From an uncultured Chloroflexia bacterium (GTDB lineage Bacteria > Chloroflexota > Chloroflexia > Thermomicrobiales > UBA6265): a DNA stretch of 64,000 nucleotides. Below the pieces are notes generated by a model. The model searched no databases, had not been told where the DNA came from, and worked only from the letters and a program-made list of their open reading frames with translations. Each line of letters opens with the position of its first letter. Position 1 is the first letter of the stretch. Positions 34,287 through 45,281 of the stretch are shown piece after piece. The position numbers and the translations under genes were made by a program. The stretch covers positions 610,773-674,772 of the forward strand of contig CAVVTE010000013.1 of NCBI GenBank assembly GCA_963751075.1, read 5' to 3'.

Positions 34287-34660
34287 TTACAGCAACTTCG
34301 TCTCAAGCGTTCTCGCCACCGCCTCGAACGATTCACTCTGGATGTGCCACGACTTCCCCCATGATGACCGGGTGTTTGCAATTGATCGGCACCTTGCCGA
34401 GGTGGAGCGCGCGGAGGAACGCGGGAACGACAGCGGCGTACGCCGAAGCCGGGTTCTGCCGCGGCCCGAACACATTGAAGTAGCGCAAGGCGACGGTCTC
34501 CAGCCCATAGAGGCGCGTGAACACGGCGCAGAGCCGCTCTCCGGTGAGCTTGGAGATCGCGTATGGTGAAAGCGGGTGGGGTGAGGTGTCCTCGCGCACG
34601 GGTATCCCAGCGGCATCGCCGTAGACAGCGGAGGAGGAGGCGAAGGCGCCGATGTGGTGT
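34287..34660 (-). pseudogene. Fragment (middle part only) of a paralogue of the epimerase gene at 30086-31014
   Basis: 34396-34645 aligns with 30422-30672 at roughly 93% identity by eye. It encodes [40 protein letters not shown] in a single frame. The Rossmann N-terminus and normal C-terminus are absent. Confidence 0.85.
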
Positions 34661-34780
34661 CGCTGTCCCCGGCGTTAGATCACTCACCGAGAATATGTTG
34701 CATGATGGATGGCGGTGCTTTTCAATCTGCGTCGTACCGATCTTAGTGCAGAAAAGTCGCAAAGGAGCGAACGACCGGCA

Positions 34781-35897
34781 ATGGGCATCGCCGAGTTGAA
34801 GCAGGCCATCGCCGACGTCGAGGGATACCTGACCGAGCAGGAAGGAAGGACGCTCTTCGAACTCGCCCGTAGCTGCACTGTGCCCGGAGTCATCGTCGAG
34901 ATCGGCTCCTGGAAAGGCAGGTCGACGATCTGCCTTGCCCTGGGCTCGAAGGCCGGGCAAGGGAAGACGATCTACGCCATCGATCCGCACACGGGCTCGC
35001 CGGAGCACTGGGCGGCATTCGGTGCGGTCTCCACCTTCGACGAGTTCGCTGACAACGTGAGGCACGCGGGAGTGGAGGACGTTGTCGTTCCCCTTGTTCA
35101 CGACATCATCGGATGTTGCGCGGACCTTCGACGAGCCCGTCGCGTTTGTTTTTATCGACGGAGCTCACGAATACGAATCAGTGAAACAGGACTTCGACGA
35201 TTGGTTTCCCAAGGTCGTCAACGGTGGAATTGTCGCACTGCACGATGCTGTCGCTCGCCCTGGACCTCAGCGCGTCGCCCGGGACTTCGTCCTTCGATCG
35301 AGAAGCTTTCGCCGCGTTCGCTTCGTGCATCAATTGGTGTATGCCCAAAAGACGGACTGCAATGGCGTTGCCGACGTCGTCTGGAACCGATACATGCTCT
35401 GGCTCATTCGCATCGTCGGCTTCGCCAGCTCCCTCAACCTGCCCAGATCCCTGAAGGAGGTCGGCGGTCGGATAGCCGTTTTGTTGCAGAAGCCTGGTGC
35501 TCACGACCTGATTGATCCCAGCATCACCCTCTATTCGCCCATGCCTCCTAGCCGACTCGAGCGCAAGTGTGGCAATGCTGCTCAGCAGCGCGCTTGCGTC
35601 GACAACCTCGTTAGAGAATGTGATTCGGTGGCGGACATGGAGGCATTTCCGATTCGAATCGACGAAATCGGTATCCGAATTGGATACGTGGCTTGGCTCT
35701 TAAAAGAGTGCAAGCCACAGTGGCAGAGCGTCGTTCTCACACCCAGTCATGCATGGGCCGTGTCCTTAAACCCTTTCCCGCATCTGGTATCCTTCGGCTG
35801 GGAAGGCATGCGTGGCCCAGGAATGCTGGCGAATAGCGCCCCGAAAGCGCGGGCGATTGGGATCAGCAATTCATCCGGGTCGCGACCAACGGCGTGA
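34781..35897 (+). pseudogene. Class I SAM-dependent methyltransferase (Methyltransf_24-like), one frame change
   Basis: MGIAELK...VIVEIGSWKGRSTICLA...AIDPHTG lies in the frame of ORF 34709. TSSDVARTFDEPVAFVFIDGAHEYESVKQDFDDWFPKVVNGGIVALHD lies in the frame of ORF 35082. There is an extra base near 35102. Homology-supported sequence ends near 35400; the first in-frame stop is at 35897. Confidence 0.75.
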
Positions 35898-35966
35898 GCA
35901 AGGGGGCAGGGGAACAGATGAGTAAGCAGCCTCGCGCGGCTGGGCGGTGGAACCGCGCCGGCTCCG

Positions 35967-37008
35967 GTGATTTCAGTGATCGTGCCGGTCCTGGACGGTG
36001 GATCCAACTTTGCCCGCTGCCTCGCTGCGCTCAAGTCCTCGCCGCCAAGCCCCGCCTGGGAGTTGATCGTCGTCGACGATGGGTCGACGGATGGGTCGGC
36101 CGATCTCGCGCGAGAGGCAGGGGCGCAAGTGCTGCGCACTGCCCACGCTCGGAGCGGGCCGGGAGTTGCACGCAACCTTGGGGCACGGGTGGCCCGAGGC
36201 GAGTTCTTGTTGTTCCTGGACGCCGATGTGCTGGTGACTCCCCAGCACCATCGCCCAAGTGGTCGCTGCCTTCCGCCGCGAGCCGGCGCTAGCGGCCCTC
36301 TTCGGGTCGTACGACGCGCGCCCTGGGGCGCAAAACTTCCTCTCCCAGTACAAGAACCTCTTCCACCACTACGTCCACCAGAACTCGGTCGCGGAGGCCA
36401 CCACCTTCTGGGCCGGCTGCGGGGCCATCCGCCGTGAGGTCTTCCTCCGGCTCGGCGGGTTCGATGCGACGTACGGCCGCCCCTCGATCGAGGACATCGA
36501 GCTGGGTTACCGGTTGACTCGCGCCGGCCACAGGGTGCGTCTGTGCCACGAAATCCAGGTCACCCACCTCAAGCGCTGGACGGCGCGGTCCCTGGTGCTG
36601 ACCGACATCCGTGACCGGGGCGTCCCCTGGATGGAGCTCCTCTTGCGCGGGCGTGTCTACCCGTCTGACCTCAACTTGAATCAAGGGAATCGGATCAGTG
36701 TCGTCTGCGCCGGGTTGTTGGGGGTGGCCCTGTTCGCCGCGCTGATGTGGCCGGTGGCGCTGCTGTTCACGCTCCTGCCGGCCATAATCCTACTCGGCCT
36801 GAACCTACCGCTGTACCGCTTCTTCTATCAGGAGCGCGGGTTTCGCTTCGCGCTGGCCACTGTTCCGTGGGTTTGGCTGTACTACATCTACAGCGGGCTG
36901 TGCGTCGTCTTGGGCGCTTGGAGCCACCTTCGTGCGGGCCGCCCGACAGCCGTCCCGATGCAACCGAGCGCCGCGGTCACTGAGGCCGAGCGCAGAGTTG
37001 CAGCCTAG
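35967..37008 (+). pseudogene. GT2 glycosyltransferase with C-terminal TM helices, one frame change in a C4 run
   Basis: ISVIVPVLDG...LIVVDDGSTDGS...FLLFLDADVLVTP (ORF 35967) continues as STIAQVVAAFRREP...GCGAIRREVFLRLGGFD...IEDIELGYRL (ORF 36259) if one C of 36240-36243 is removed. Confidence 0.85.
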
Positions 37009-37408
37009 GTTGCGGGCTAACTGCCGTCGTGGCCAGGTGTGAGCTGCTTTGAGTCTGCGACTCCGGTGGATTGCATGATGAGCGCGATTGGGAGACCGCA
37101 CGCCTCGGTCGTTGAGCTGGGGAGGCGTGTGTGGCGATGGCCGCGAGCGCCCGCCTACTGGCACCGCCGCTTCCTATGCACTGACTCGTCACCTGCGCCT
37201 CCCGGACCCCACTCCTCTCCTCATTGTGGAGGCAGAGAATTTCTCAGTGGTGCGAAGAGCTAACCCGCGGGCCATCCCGATCGTCCCGCGCCGACTATGT
37301 GCGCTGGGGCAAGCTCTCTTACCCGCAGGCGTAGCTGGCCCGGCTGGGTCAAGGCCACATTCGCATGTATCTTAGCGAGCGGAGCAGTTGCCGCGCCAGG
37401 CGGATAGG

Positions 37409-38357
37409 ATGGCCAGCACGATAGATCCTCTACCCTCCTTCTCCATTGTGATAGCAACGCACAATCGTCCCCGCCAGCTCGCGGAATGCTTGGCGGCGCT
37501 GGCCAGCCTCGACTATCCGCGCGACCGCTTCGAGGTGATCGTCGTCGACGACGGCAGCCCTACGTCCTCTCGACTCGGTGGTGGCGCCGTACCGCGACCG
37601 TCTTGAATCTGGAGCTCGTGCGCCGGGCACGAGGAGGGCTCGGGGAGGCGGGCAACACTGGCGCGGCACGAGCGAGAGGAAAGTTCCTCGCCTTCATCGA
37701 CGACGACTGCGCGGTTTCCCCTGGTTGGCTCAAGGCTCTGGCGGCACATTTCAACGCCGAGCCGGAACAATTGGTCGGGGGCCGGACCCTCAACGGCTTG
37801 CCCGGCAATCCGTACTCGAGCGCCACCCAACTCCTGATCGACTACCTCTACGCGTACCACAACGCCGACCCGGCCGAACTCGCGCTTCTTCGCCACGAAC
37901 AACCTGGCGCTGCCCGCTGCCCATTCCGACAGATTGGCGGATTCAACACCCGGTACTTGCGTATCGGCGCTGGGGGCGAAGATCGGGAGCTGTGCGACCG
38001 GTGGCGGTCCCACGGCTATCGCCTGACCTACGCGCCCGACGCCGTCGTCTATCATCGCCACCGCCTCAACCTGCATCGGCTTCTGGCGCCAGCACTTCCT
38101 CTATGGGCGCGGAGCGGTCACGTTTCGCCGCGCCCGTGCCGCAAGGGGCGAACCGATCCGGCTCGAGTCCTGGCGGTTCTACCTTGGGCTACTGCCCTAC
38201 CCGTGGGTTCGTGCCCGTGGCCGGCAAGGCGCTCACGCTCGCGCTCTTGTTCGTGGTCTCACAGCTGGCCACCGCGTGCGGCGTCCTCTCCGAGTCAATG
38301 CGGGGGCACAATCGGCGGCTACCCGCCGGTAGTCCGGCGAACGCAGAGGCCGGGTGA
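37409..38357 (+). pseudogene. GT2 glycosyltransferase, about 6 frame changes
   Basis: SFSIVIATHNRPRQLAECL...VIVVDDGSP, then LDSVVAPYRDRL, then NLELV...GEAGNTGAARARGKFLAFIDDDCAV, then FFATNNLALPAAH, then FRQIGGFNTRY...GGEDRELCDRW, then FWRQHFLYGRGAVTF, then the tail. Each step is in a different frame. Confidence 0.8.
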
Positions 38358-38472
38358 TGAGGGACGCAAGCCATATATCCCGTGGGCACGACGCGTCACC
38401 CGCAGCCCATGCGTGGATCAAGTTCAGGGCTGATGACCGCTCAGACGAACGAATCCGCCTGGACCCTCTCCG

Positions 38473-40051
38473 ATGTCAGGATCGGTGGCCTTTTGCGCGA
38501 TGGCGAGTCGCGGCGCGTACGTTCTCCAGGGCTTCCTCCTCACCCCGCTCCTCCTGCACAGGCTCGGGGAAACGGACTTTGGACTGTGGGTGTTGCTGTT
38601 GGCCCTCGTGTTGCTGCTGTCTCCCCTCGAGAGTGCGCTGTTGGGCACCCTGGTCCGAATCACCGCCAGCTACCGCGCGGTCGACACCCTCGTCCAAGCA
38701 CGGCCAGTCGTCGCCAATGCCTTGCTGGTAGGCATTACCGTCGGCAGCGCCATCACCCTAATTGTGCTCGCCTGGGGACAGTCCCTGCTCCGGCTGGTTC
38801 ACCTGACGCCCGACCAGCAAGCGGGTCTGCAGCCGCTGCTGCTGGCCGTCCTCGTCCTATTCTGGGCCGGTTTGCTCTCCGCGATTGCAGACGGCATCTT
38901 GTTCGGTACCAAGCACGTTGTGGCAGGCAGCGTGATCGACATCCTGACGATTGTCGGGTCAATCGTGCTCATCGGAGTCGCGCTCGTGCGAGGGCAAGGG
39001 CTGCTCGGCGTCGCCGTGGCGACCGCATCTATGAAATGCCTTGCGATGGGCCTCAAGTGGCTGTACGTCCATCAAGCGGTCCCAGAGCTCCCGCTGTCTC
39101 TCCGGTATGTCAGCGGGTCCCCGGACGCCTGGCGACCTCTGTCAAGACTCCTCACGTGGGCGGTCCTCATTTCCTTAACGGCCGCGGCTGGCCCCTAGCC
39201 TCGGCACATTGGTCGTTGGCTCGCTTCTCTCCACAAGTGCGCTGGCCGCCATCAATGTGGCGTATCGCATCCCAGATGTCCTCGCGGATGTCATCGGAGC
39301 GGCGTTTTTGGCTACGTTCCCATACTCCGCAGACTTGCACGGTAAGTCAAGAACGGGAGAGTTGAATCGTTCACTCCTCCTCGGGACGCGGATCGCCCTG
39401 ACGCTCGCATTGCTCGCCCTCATCGGTTTTTGGTACGCGGGTCCGTTGTTCCTCGAGTTGTGGGTCGGACCGGTGGACCACGGTGCTGCCCTGTTGCGTC
39501 TCGGGTTGATCGTGACCGTGGCCTTATCGGGGTTCATCGCGGTTCAGATGATGCTCTACGGCTGTGGCGAATTCCGCGGGCTTGCACTTGCCGGCATCGT
39601 AGGCGCGCTGGTGTACCTGTCGTTGACCTTCGTCCTGACGGCCACAGTAGGGATCGTGGGGTCGATGCTCGCTGGCATCGCAAACATGATCGTCGTGACC
39701 ATTCTGGTCGTGCCACGAGCAACGCGGGTTGTGGGAATCTCGCCGTAGGTGTGGTGGCGAGAAGCTGCGCTTCCGCCCATCGTGGCACTTGTTCCAATCG
39801 TCCCTCTTGCCCTGGCCCTGGAACTGGCGCACGTCGGGCGGCCCGTGTTCCTCCTACTCGCCACTGTCGTAGGAGTCGCAACCTACGCCGCGGCTGCCTT
39901 CCTAATTGTCTTCACCCGCGAGGAGCGTGCCGCTGCCCGTGAACTGGCCCTCAGGTGGCTCTCTCGGTTGGGCGCGCTCGAGAGCGTGGCGGCACCTGTT
40001 CGCTCAACGAGGCGACGCGTGGTAAGTGCTTCCGACGACCTGGCCCGTTGA
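38473..40051 (+). pseudogene. Wzx/MOP-family polysaccharide flippase, one frame change plus one in-frame TAG
   Basis: ORFs 38473..39198, 39209..39748 and 39749..40051 are all multi-TM. The first junction is at C4 39192-39195 (GP-SLGTLVVGSLL if C3). The second break is a TAG at 39746-39748 in the same frame as the following ORF. Confidence 0.75.
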
Positions 40052-40287
40052 CGGTGGACTATGACCGGCTCCCATTGAATGGTCCATTCATTATGCGAGT
40101 CTGGTCGAATGTCAGATTGGGGGCGTAGGCGTTGGGCCCTTGGGGTTCGATTGGGATGGCCTCCGATTGCGTGATCGACATCACCACCTAGCAGCCCGAC
40201 CCACGGGCCCGGTGTATCCTCGCTCGCGCCAATCGGTGCCCTCTTCGGCACAGCCTCGCTCTCGTAAGCGGTGGAGAACAGTGGAGA

Positions 40288-41299
40288 ATGGCGCGAACTC
40301 TCGTAACCGGGGCAGCGGGCTTCATCGGCTTCCACCTTGCTGCACGCCTACTGGAACGTGGTGATGGAGGTCATAGGGCTCGACAACCTCAATGACTATT
40401 ACGATGTCCAGCTGAAGCAGGATCGGCTGGCGCGTCTCACTCAGTCGCCGGGCTTTTGCTTCGTCAAGGCCGATCTGGCCGATCATCACTCCGTCGCCGA
40501 CCTGTTCGAACGTGAACGCCCGCGGCGTGTGGTCAATCTGGCTGCCCAGGCCGGGGTGCGGTACTCGCTAACAAACCCCCATGCGTACGCGAATGCCAAC
40601 CTCGTCGGCTTCCTGAATGTGCTGGAAGGTTGCCGGCACAACGAGGTGGAACACCTCGTTTTCGCCTCGAGCAGCTCGGTCTACGGCGCGAACACCCGGC
40701 TGCCGTTCTCGGTCGAGGACAACGTTGATCACCCGCTGTCGCTGTACGCCGCCAGTAAGAAGGCCAACGAGCTGATGGCGCACAGCTACGCCCATCTCTA
40801 CGACATCCCCAGCACCGGGTTGCGCTTCTTCAACGTCTACGGTCCCTGGGGCCGACCTGACGCGGCGCTCTCCAGGTTCACCGGCGCGATGCTTGAAGAT
40901 CGCCCCATCGACGTCTACAACTTCGGCCAGCACCGGCGTGACTTCACCTACATCGACGACATCGTCGAAGGGATCGTGCGCGTCCTAGACCACCCGGCGC
41001 AGGCGAACGCCGCCTGGCGAGGCGACGCGCCTGACCCCGCCAGCAGCCAGGCGCCGTACCGGCTCTACAACATCGGAAATCGTCAGCCGGTGGAGTTGCT
41101 CTACCTGATCGAGTTGCTGGAGAAGGCCCTCGGACGCGAAGCGCAGAAGAATTTCTTGCCGATGCAGCCGGGTGATGTTGCCGACACGGTCGCCGATGTG
41201 GCGGCTCTGGAGCGTGACATGGACTTTGCACCGGCGACTCCGATCGAGGAAGGCGTCACGCGGTTCGTCGCCTGGTATCGTGAGTACTATGGCGTCTGA
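40288..41299 (+). pseudogene. UDP-glucuronate 4-epimerase-like SDR (CapI/WbnF-like), one frame change near the N-terminus
   Basis: ATG 40288, with GGAG upstream, gives MARTLVTGAAGFIGFHLAARLLERGD. ORF 40337..41299 continues EVIGLDNLNDYYDV...YAASKKANE...FFNVYGPWGRPD. There is an extra G at 40366-40367. Confidence 0.85.
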
Positions 41300-41640
41300 T
41301 GCCTAGCCAATGGTGTGTCCTGTTCTTACAACCGGCGAATGTGCTATTCAGGCGCAACTCCTCGATGCCCGCCGCTTCGCCGTTCGCAGGACGCGCAGAA
41401 ACGATGGATACATTAACTTTGACGGTATGGAACACGATAGATAGAATTCCTTCGCTCACGGATGGGGAGGGTGCATTCCGCCTTGGCGGCGGACGCGGCT
41501 GAGCAACCGCCAGGATTCCCGCTGATCTTGTCCATCGTGTCATCGCTGCGGCACGGCACAACGGCCGTACGCTGGTCGCCGCATTGGTCCAGCGGATGGG
41601 CTGAACGAGGAATGACGGGGCGGGAGGGGAAGGCAGATCG

Positions 41641-43029
41641 GTGAAGACTTTGGAGCGGAGAGTCGCAGAGCCTGCGGCGGATGTTCGGCTACGGGAGCGG
41701 CTGGCGCGGCGCGAGGCCGTGGTGGGATTGATCGGACTCGGCTACGCCGGACTGCCCCTGGCTGTCGCGTTCGCCGAGACCGGATTCCCCGTCATCGGTG
41801 TCGATCTTCGCCGCGATCGGGTTGAGTCCCTAAGTGCTGGGCACTCCTACGTCGAAGATGTTCCCGGGGATCGATTGGCTCCGCTGGTTGCCTCTGGAAG
41901 CCTGCGGGCCAGTGCCGAGTATGCTGCCCTTGCAGACGCCGACGTCATCACCATCTGCGTGCCGACCCCCCTCACCGAGACCAAGACGCCGGACACGAGC
42001 GCTATCGCCGGAGCAATCGGCTCACTGGGACCGTGGCTGCGGCCGGGTCAACTCATCATGCTGGAGAGCACATCCTATCCGGGAACGACCGAGGAGATCG
42101 TGCGGCCGGTTATCGAGGAGCACGGCTTCACGGTCGGCAAGGACATCTTCCTCGCTTTCGCCCCGGAGCGCGTTAACCCCGGCGACACCCACTTCGGCAC
42201 CCGCAATACGACCAAGCTCATCGGTGGGATGACGCCGGCCTGTCGCGATCTCGCTACTGCCCTCTATTCGACGATCGTGGACGATGTCGTGCCGGTCTCC
42301 TCCCCGGTAGTGGCGGAGATGGCGAAGCTGTTGGAGAACACCTTTCGCCAGATCAACGTTGCGTTCGCCAACGAGATGGCGCTGATCTGCGAGCAGTTGG
42401 GTGTAGACGTCTGGGAGGTGATTGACGCGGCGGCGACCAAGCCGTTCGGGTTCATGCCCTTCTACCCCGGTCCCGGACTGGGCGGGCCCTGCATCCCGGT
42501 CGTCCCACACTACCTGGCATGGAAGCTGAAGACCCTTGGCTACGATGCCCGCTTCATCGCGCTGGCGGACGAGATCAACGCGGCGATGCCGGCCCACATC
42601 GTCAACCTCGTGGCTGACGCGCTCAATGACGAGGCGAAGCCGGTGCGTGGGTCCAGGGTGCTCATGCTGGGCATCACCTATAAGCCGAATGTCGCGGATA
42701 CACGCGAGTCTCCACCGCTCGCCGTGCTGGAGGGGCTGCTGGCGAAAGGAGCGGACGTTGTTTATCACGATCCGTTCGTGCCCGAGCTCGCGGTGAACGG
42801 CCGATCTTTAGCTAGCGTGACGATCAACCAGGCAACGCTTCGGGATGCAGATTGCGTCGTCATCGCCACCGACCACCGTTCATACGACTGGGAGTGGATC
42901 GTCGCGCACGCGGGCCTCATTGTCGACACGCGTAACGTGACTGCGAAGGTCTCCTCTGACCTGCGAGATCGGGGTGCACGGATCGTCAAGTTGGGCGCGC
43001 CATCCGTCAATCATTCGCGCGGGATCTAG
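41641..43029 (+). CDS. Nucleotide-sugar 6-dehydrogenase (UDP-GlcNAc/ManNAc dehydrogenase-like, WbpA/WecC/TviB group)
   Basis: Intact 462 aa with VGLIGLGYAGLPLAVAF and GLGGPCIPVVPHYLAWK. Confidence 0.85.
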   Translation: MKTLERRVAEPAADVRLRERLARREAVVGLIGLGYAGLPLAVAFAETGFPVIGVDLRRDRVESLSAGHSYVEDVPGDRLAPLVASGSLRASAEYAALADADVITICVPTPLTETKTPDTSAIAGAIGSLGPWLRPGQLIMLESTSYPGTTEEIVRPVIEEHGFTVGKDIFLAFAPERVNPGDTHFGTRNTTKLIGGMTPACRDLATALYSTIVDDVVPVSSPVVAEMAKLLENTFRQINVAFANEMALICEQLGVDVWEVIDAAATKPFGFMPFYPGPGLGGPCIPVVPHYLAWKLKTLGYDARFIALADEINAAMPAHIVNLVADALNDEAKPVRGSRVLMLGITYKPNVADTRESPPLAVLEGLLAKGADVVYHDPFVPELAVNGRSLASVTINQATLRDADCVVIATDHRSYDWEWIVAHAGLIVDTRNVTAKVSSDLRDRGARIVKLGAPSVNHSRGI

Positions 43030-43033
43030 ACTC

Positions 43034-44062
43034 TTGTCGAAACAACCCTCCGCTCGCGGCTCTAGTAACGATGAGCCGTCCACGTGGCTGATCACCGGTG
43101 CGGCCGGTTTCATCGGCTCGCATCTCGTCGACGCGCTCCTGGGGCGGGGGGTGCGCGTTCTCGGACTCGACAACCTTTCCACCGGTCGCCTGCAGAACAT
43201 TGAACATCAGCTCGATCATCCCCGGTTCCACTTTGCGCGGGCCAACCTCGGCGATGAGATCGTCCTCGACCGCTTGGCTTCCGAGGCAGACGTCATCGTT
43301 CATCTTGCGGCCGCTGTGGGCGTTGAGCTGATTGTCGAGCGCCCAACGCACACGATCGAAACCAACGTGCTGGGAACCGAAGCGGTGCTACGGGCGGCGC
43401 TACGTTACCGTTGTCGTGTGTTGCTCGCCAGCACCTCCGAGGTGTACGGCAAGGGAAGCAAAATTCCCTTCTGCGAGGATGACGACATCGTTCTGGGCCC
43501 GACCAGTAAGAGCCGCTGGGGGTACTCGGCCAGCAAGATGATCGACGAGTTCCTCGGGCTGGCCTATCACCGCGAGTACGGACTACCGGTTGTGCCATTC
43601 CGCCTCTTCAACACCGCAGGTCCGCGCCAGTCCGGCCGCTACGGGATGGTGATCCCCCGCTTCGTGGGACAGGCTTTGCGGGAGGAGCCAATCACGATCT
43701 TCGGAGATGGCACCCAGCGGCGTTGCTTCTGCGACGTCGATGACGCCGTGCGCGCCATCGTCGGGCTGGCCGAGCATTCCGATTCCCCAGGGCGGACGTT
43801 CAACATCGGCGGTCGAGAAGAGGTGACGATTCGCGAACTGGCCGAGCGTGTCAAGGCAACCGTCGATAGCTCATCCGAGATCGTCTACGTGCCGTATGCG
43901 GAAGCTTATGCCGCCGGGTTCGAGGACATGGAGCGCCGCGTGCCAAGTACCGAGCGCATCAACGATTTGATTGGCTGGCGCCCGGAGATCCCACTCGACC
44001 AGATTCTCGTTCGCATGCGAGACCACCTGCAGGCAAACGGGGATGGGGCAGGAACCGGTTGA
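43034..44062 (+). CDS. NAD-dependent SDR, ArnA-C-terminal / UDP-glucuronate decarboxylase-like
   Basis: [18 protein letters not shown] and GPTSKSRWGYSASKMIDEFL. The ORF is intact. The start (TTG 43034, within ORF 42974..44062) is uncertain. Confidence 0.75.
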   Translation: MSKQPSARGSSNDEPSTWLITGAAGFIGSHLVDALLGRGVRVLGLDNLSTGRLQNIEHQLDHPRFHFARANLGDEIVLDRLASEADVIVHLAAAVGVELIVERPTHTIETNVLGTEAVLRAALRYRCRVLLASTSEVYGKGSKIPFCEDDDIVLGPTSKSRWGYSASKMIDEFLGLAYHREYGLPVVPFRLFNTAGPRQSGRYGMVIPRFVGQALREEPITIFGDGTQRRCFCDVDDAVRAIVGLAEHSDSPGRTFNIGGREEVTIRELAERVKATVDSSSEIVYVPYAEAYAAGFEDMERRVPSTERINDLIGWRPEIPLDQILVRMRDHLQANGDGAGTG

Positions 44063-45281
44063 CGAGGGACCTGAGCGGATTCGCGTCATGCGCATCATCT
44101 CGCGCATGAACATCGGCGGACCGGCAGTCCACGTTGTCCTCCTCAATGCTGGTCTTGATCCACAGAAATATGACTGCTTGCTGGTGACCGGCAGCGAAGG
44201 TGTGAGCGAAGGCAGCCTGCGAGACCTCGCCGAATCAAACCACCTGCGCCTGTCGGTGATTCCCGAGTTGGGGCGTGAGATCTCGCCGCGAAGTGACCTG
44301 GTGACGCTCCTGAAGCTGTACCGATTGATGCGCCGTGAGCGGCCCCACATCGTGCACACGCACACGGCCAAGGCCGGATTCGTGGGGCGGATCGCGGCCC
44401 GCCTCGCGCGCGTCCCGGTCGTGCTGCACACCTTCCATGGTCACGTCTTCCACGGCTACTTTTCACCGGCAAAGACCCGCTTGTTTCTCCTCATCGAGCG
44501 GCTCGGGGCGCGTCTTAGCACGAGAATCATCACCATCAGCCCCAGCCTGCGTGAGGAGATCGCCGATTATGGCGTCGCCAGCAGAGAGCGTATCGAAGTT
44601 GTCCCACTTGGCTTCGATTTAGAAGCATTCGCGTCGCAGCCGCGGGCTACGGGCGACTTCCGCCGCTCTCTCAATATCCCCACGGACGCGAAGCTAGTTG
44701 GTGCCGTGGGACGCTTGGTGCCAATCAAGAACATCCCGCTCTTGCTCGAGGCGGCGGCACTCGCTCGAGAGCAAAACCCGGGGATTCGCGTCGTTATTGT
44801 CGGCGACGGCGAGCTTCGCGATGAACTGCAAGCTCGTGTCGAAACCTTAGACCTGGGGGAGGCGGTGACCTTCGCCGGCTGGCGGCGTGATCTGGCTAGC
44901 GTCTACGCTGATCTGAATGCCGTCGTGATCTCATCGGACAATGAGGGAACTCCCGCATCCTTAATTGAGGCAATGGCCACTGGTTGTCCGGTCGTCGCGA
45001 CTCGCGTTGGAGGCGTGCCCGACCTCATCACCGAAGGTGAGACCGGGCGCCTCGTGCCGCCTGGTGACCAGAAGGCACTTGCGGGGGCGCTACTGGCGCT
45101 GTTTCAAGAGCCAGAGCGCACTGCTCAAATGGCCGAGCTGGCGCGGCGAAGGGTGCACGAGCGGCACCAGGCGTCGCGCCTCGTCGCCGACATCGAGCGG
45201 CTCTACGGGGTGTTGCTCACCGCTGCGGGCCATTCTCAGCCAACAGGATTAACCGGCACGGAGGGAGTCGCGGACGCATGA
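44043..45281 (+). CDS. GT4-family glycosyltransferase
   Basis: Intact ORF with HTHTAKAGFVGR and ISSDNEGTPASLIEAMATGCPVVATRVGGVPDLI. The start is ATG 44043 or 44089. Confidence 0.82.
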   Translation: MGQEPVDEGPERIRVMRIISRMNIGGPAVHVVLLNAGLDPQKYDCLLVTGSEGVSEGSLRDLAESNHLRLSVIPELGREISPRSDLVTLLKLYRLMRRERPHIVHTHTAKAGFVGRIAARLARVPVVLHTFHGHVFHGYFSPAKTRLFLLIERLGARLSTRIITISPSLREEIADYGVASRERIEVVPLGFDLEAFASQPRATGDFRRSLNIPTDAKLVGAVGRLVPIKNIPLLLEAAALAREQNPGIRVVIVGDGELRDELQARVETLDLGEAVTFAGWRRDLASVYADLNAVVISSDNEGTPASLIEAMATGCPVVATRVGGVPDLITEGETGRLVPPGDQKALAGALLALFQEPERTAQMAELARRRVHERHQASRLVADIERLYGVLLTAAGHSQPTGLTGTEGVADA

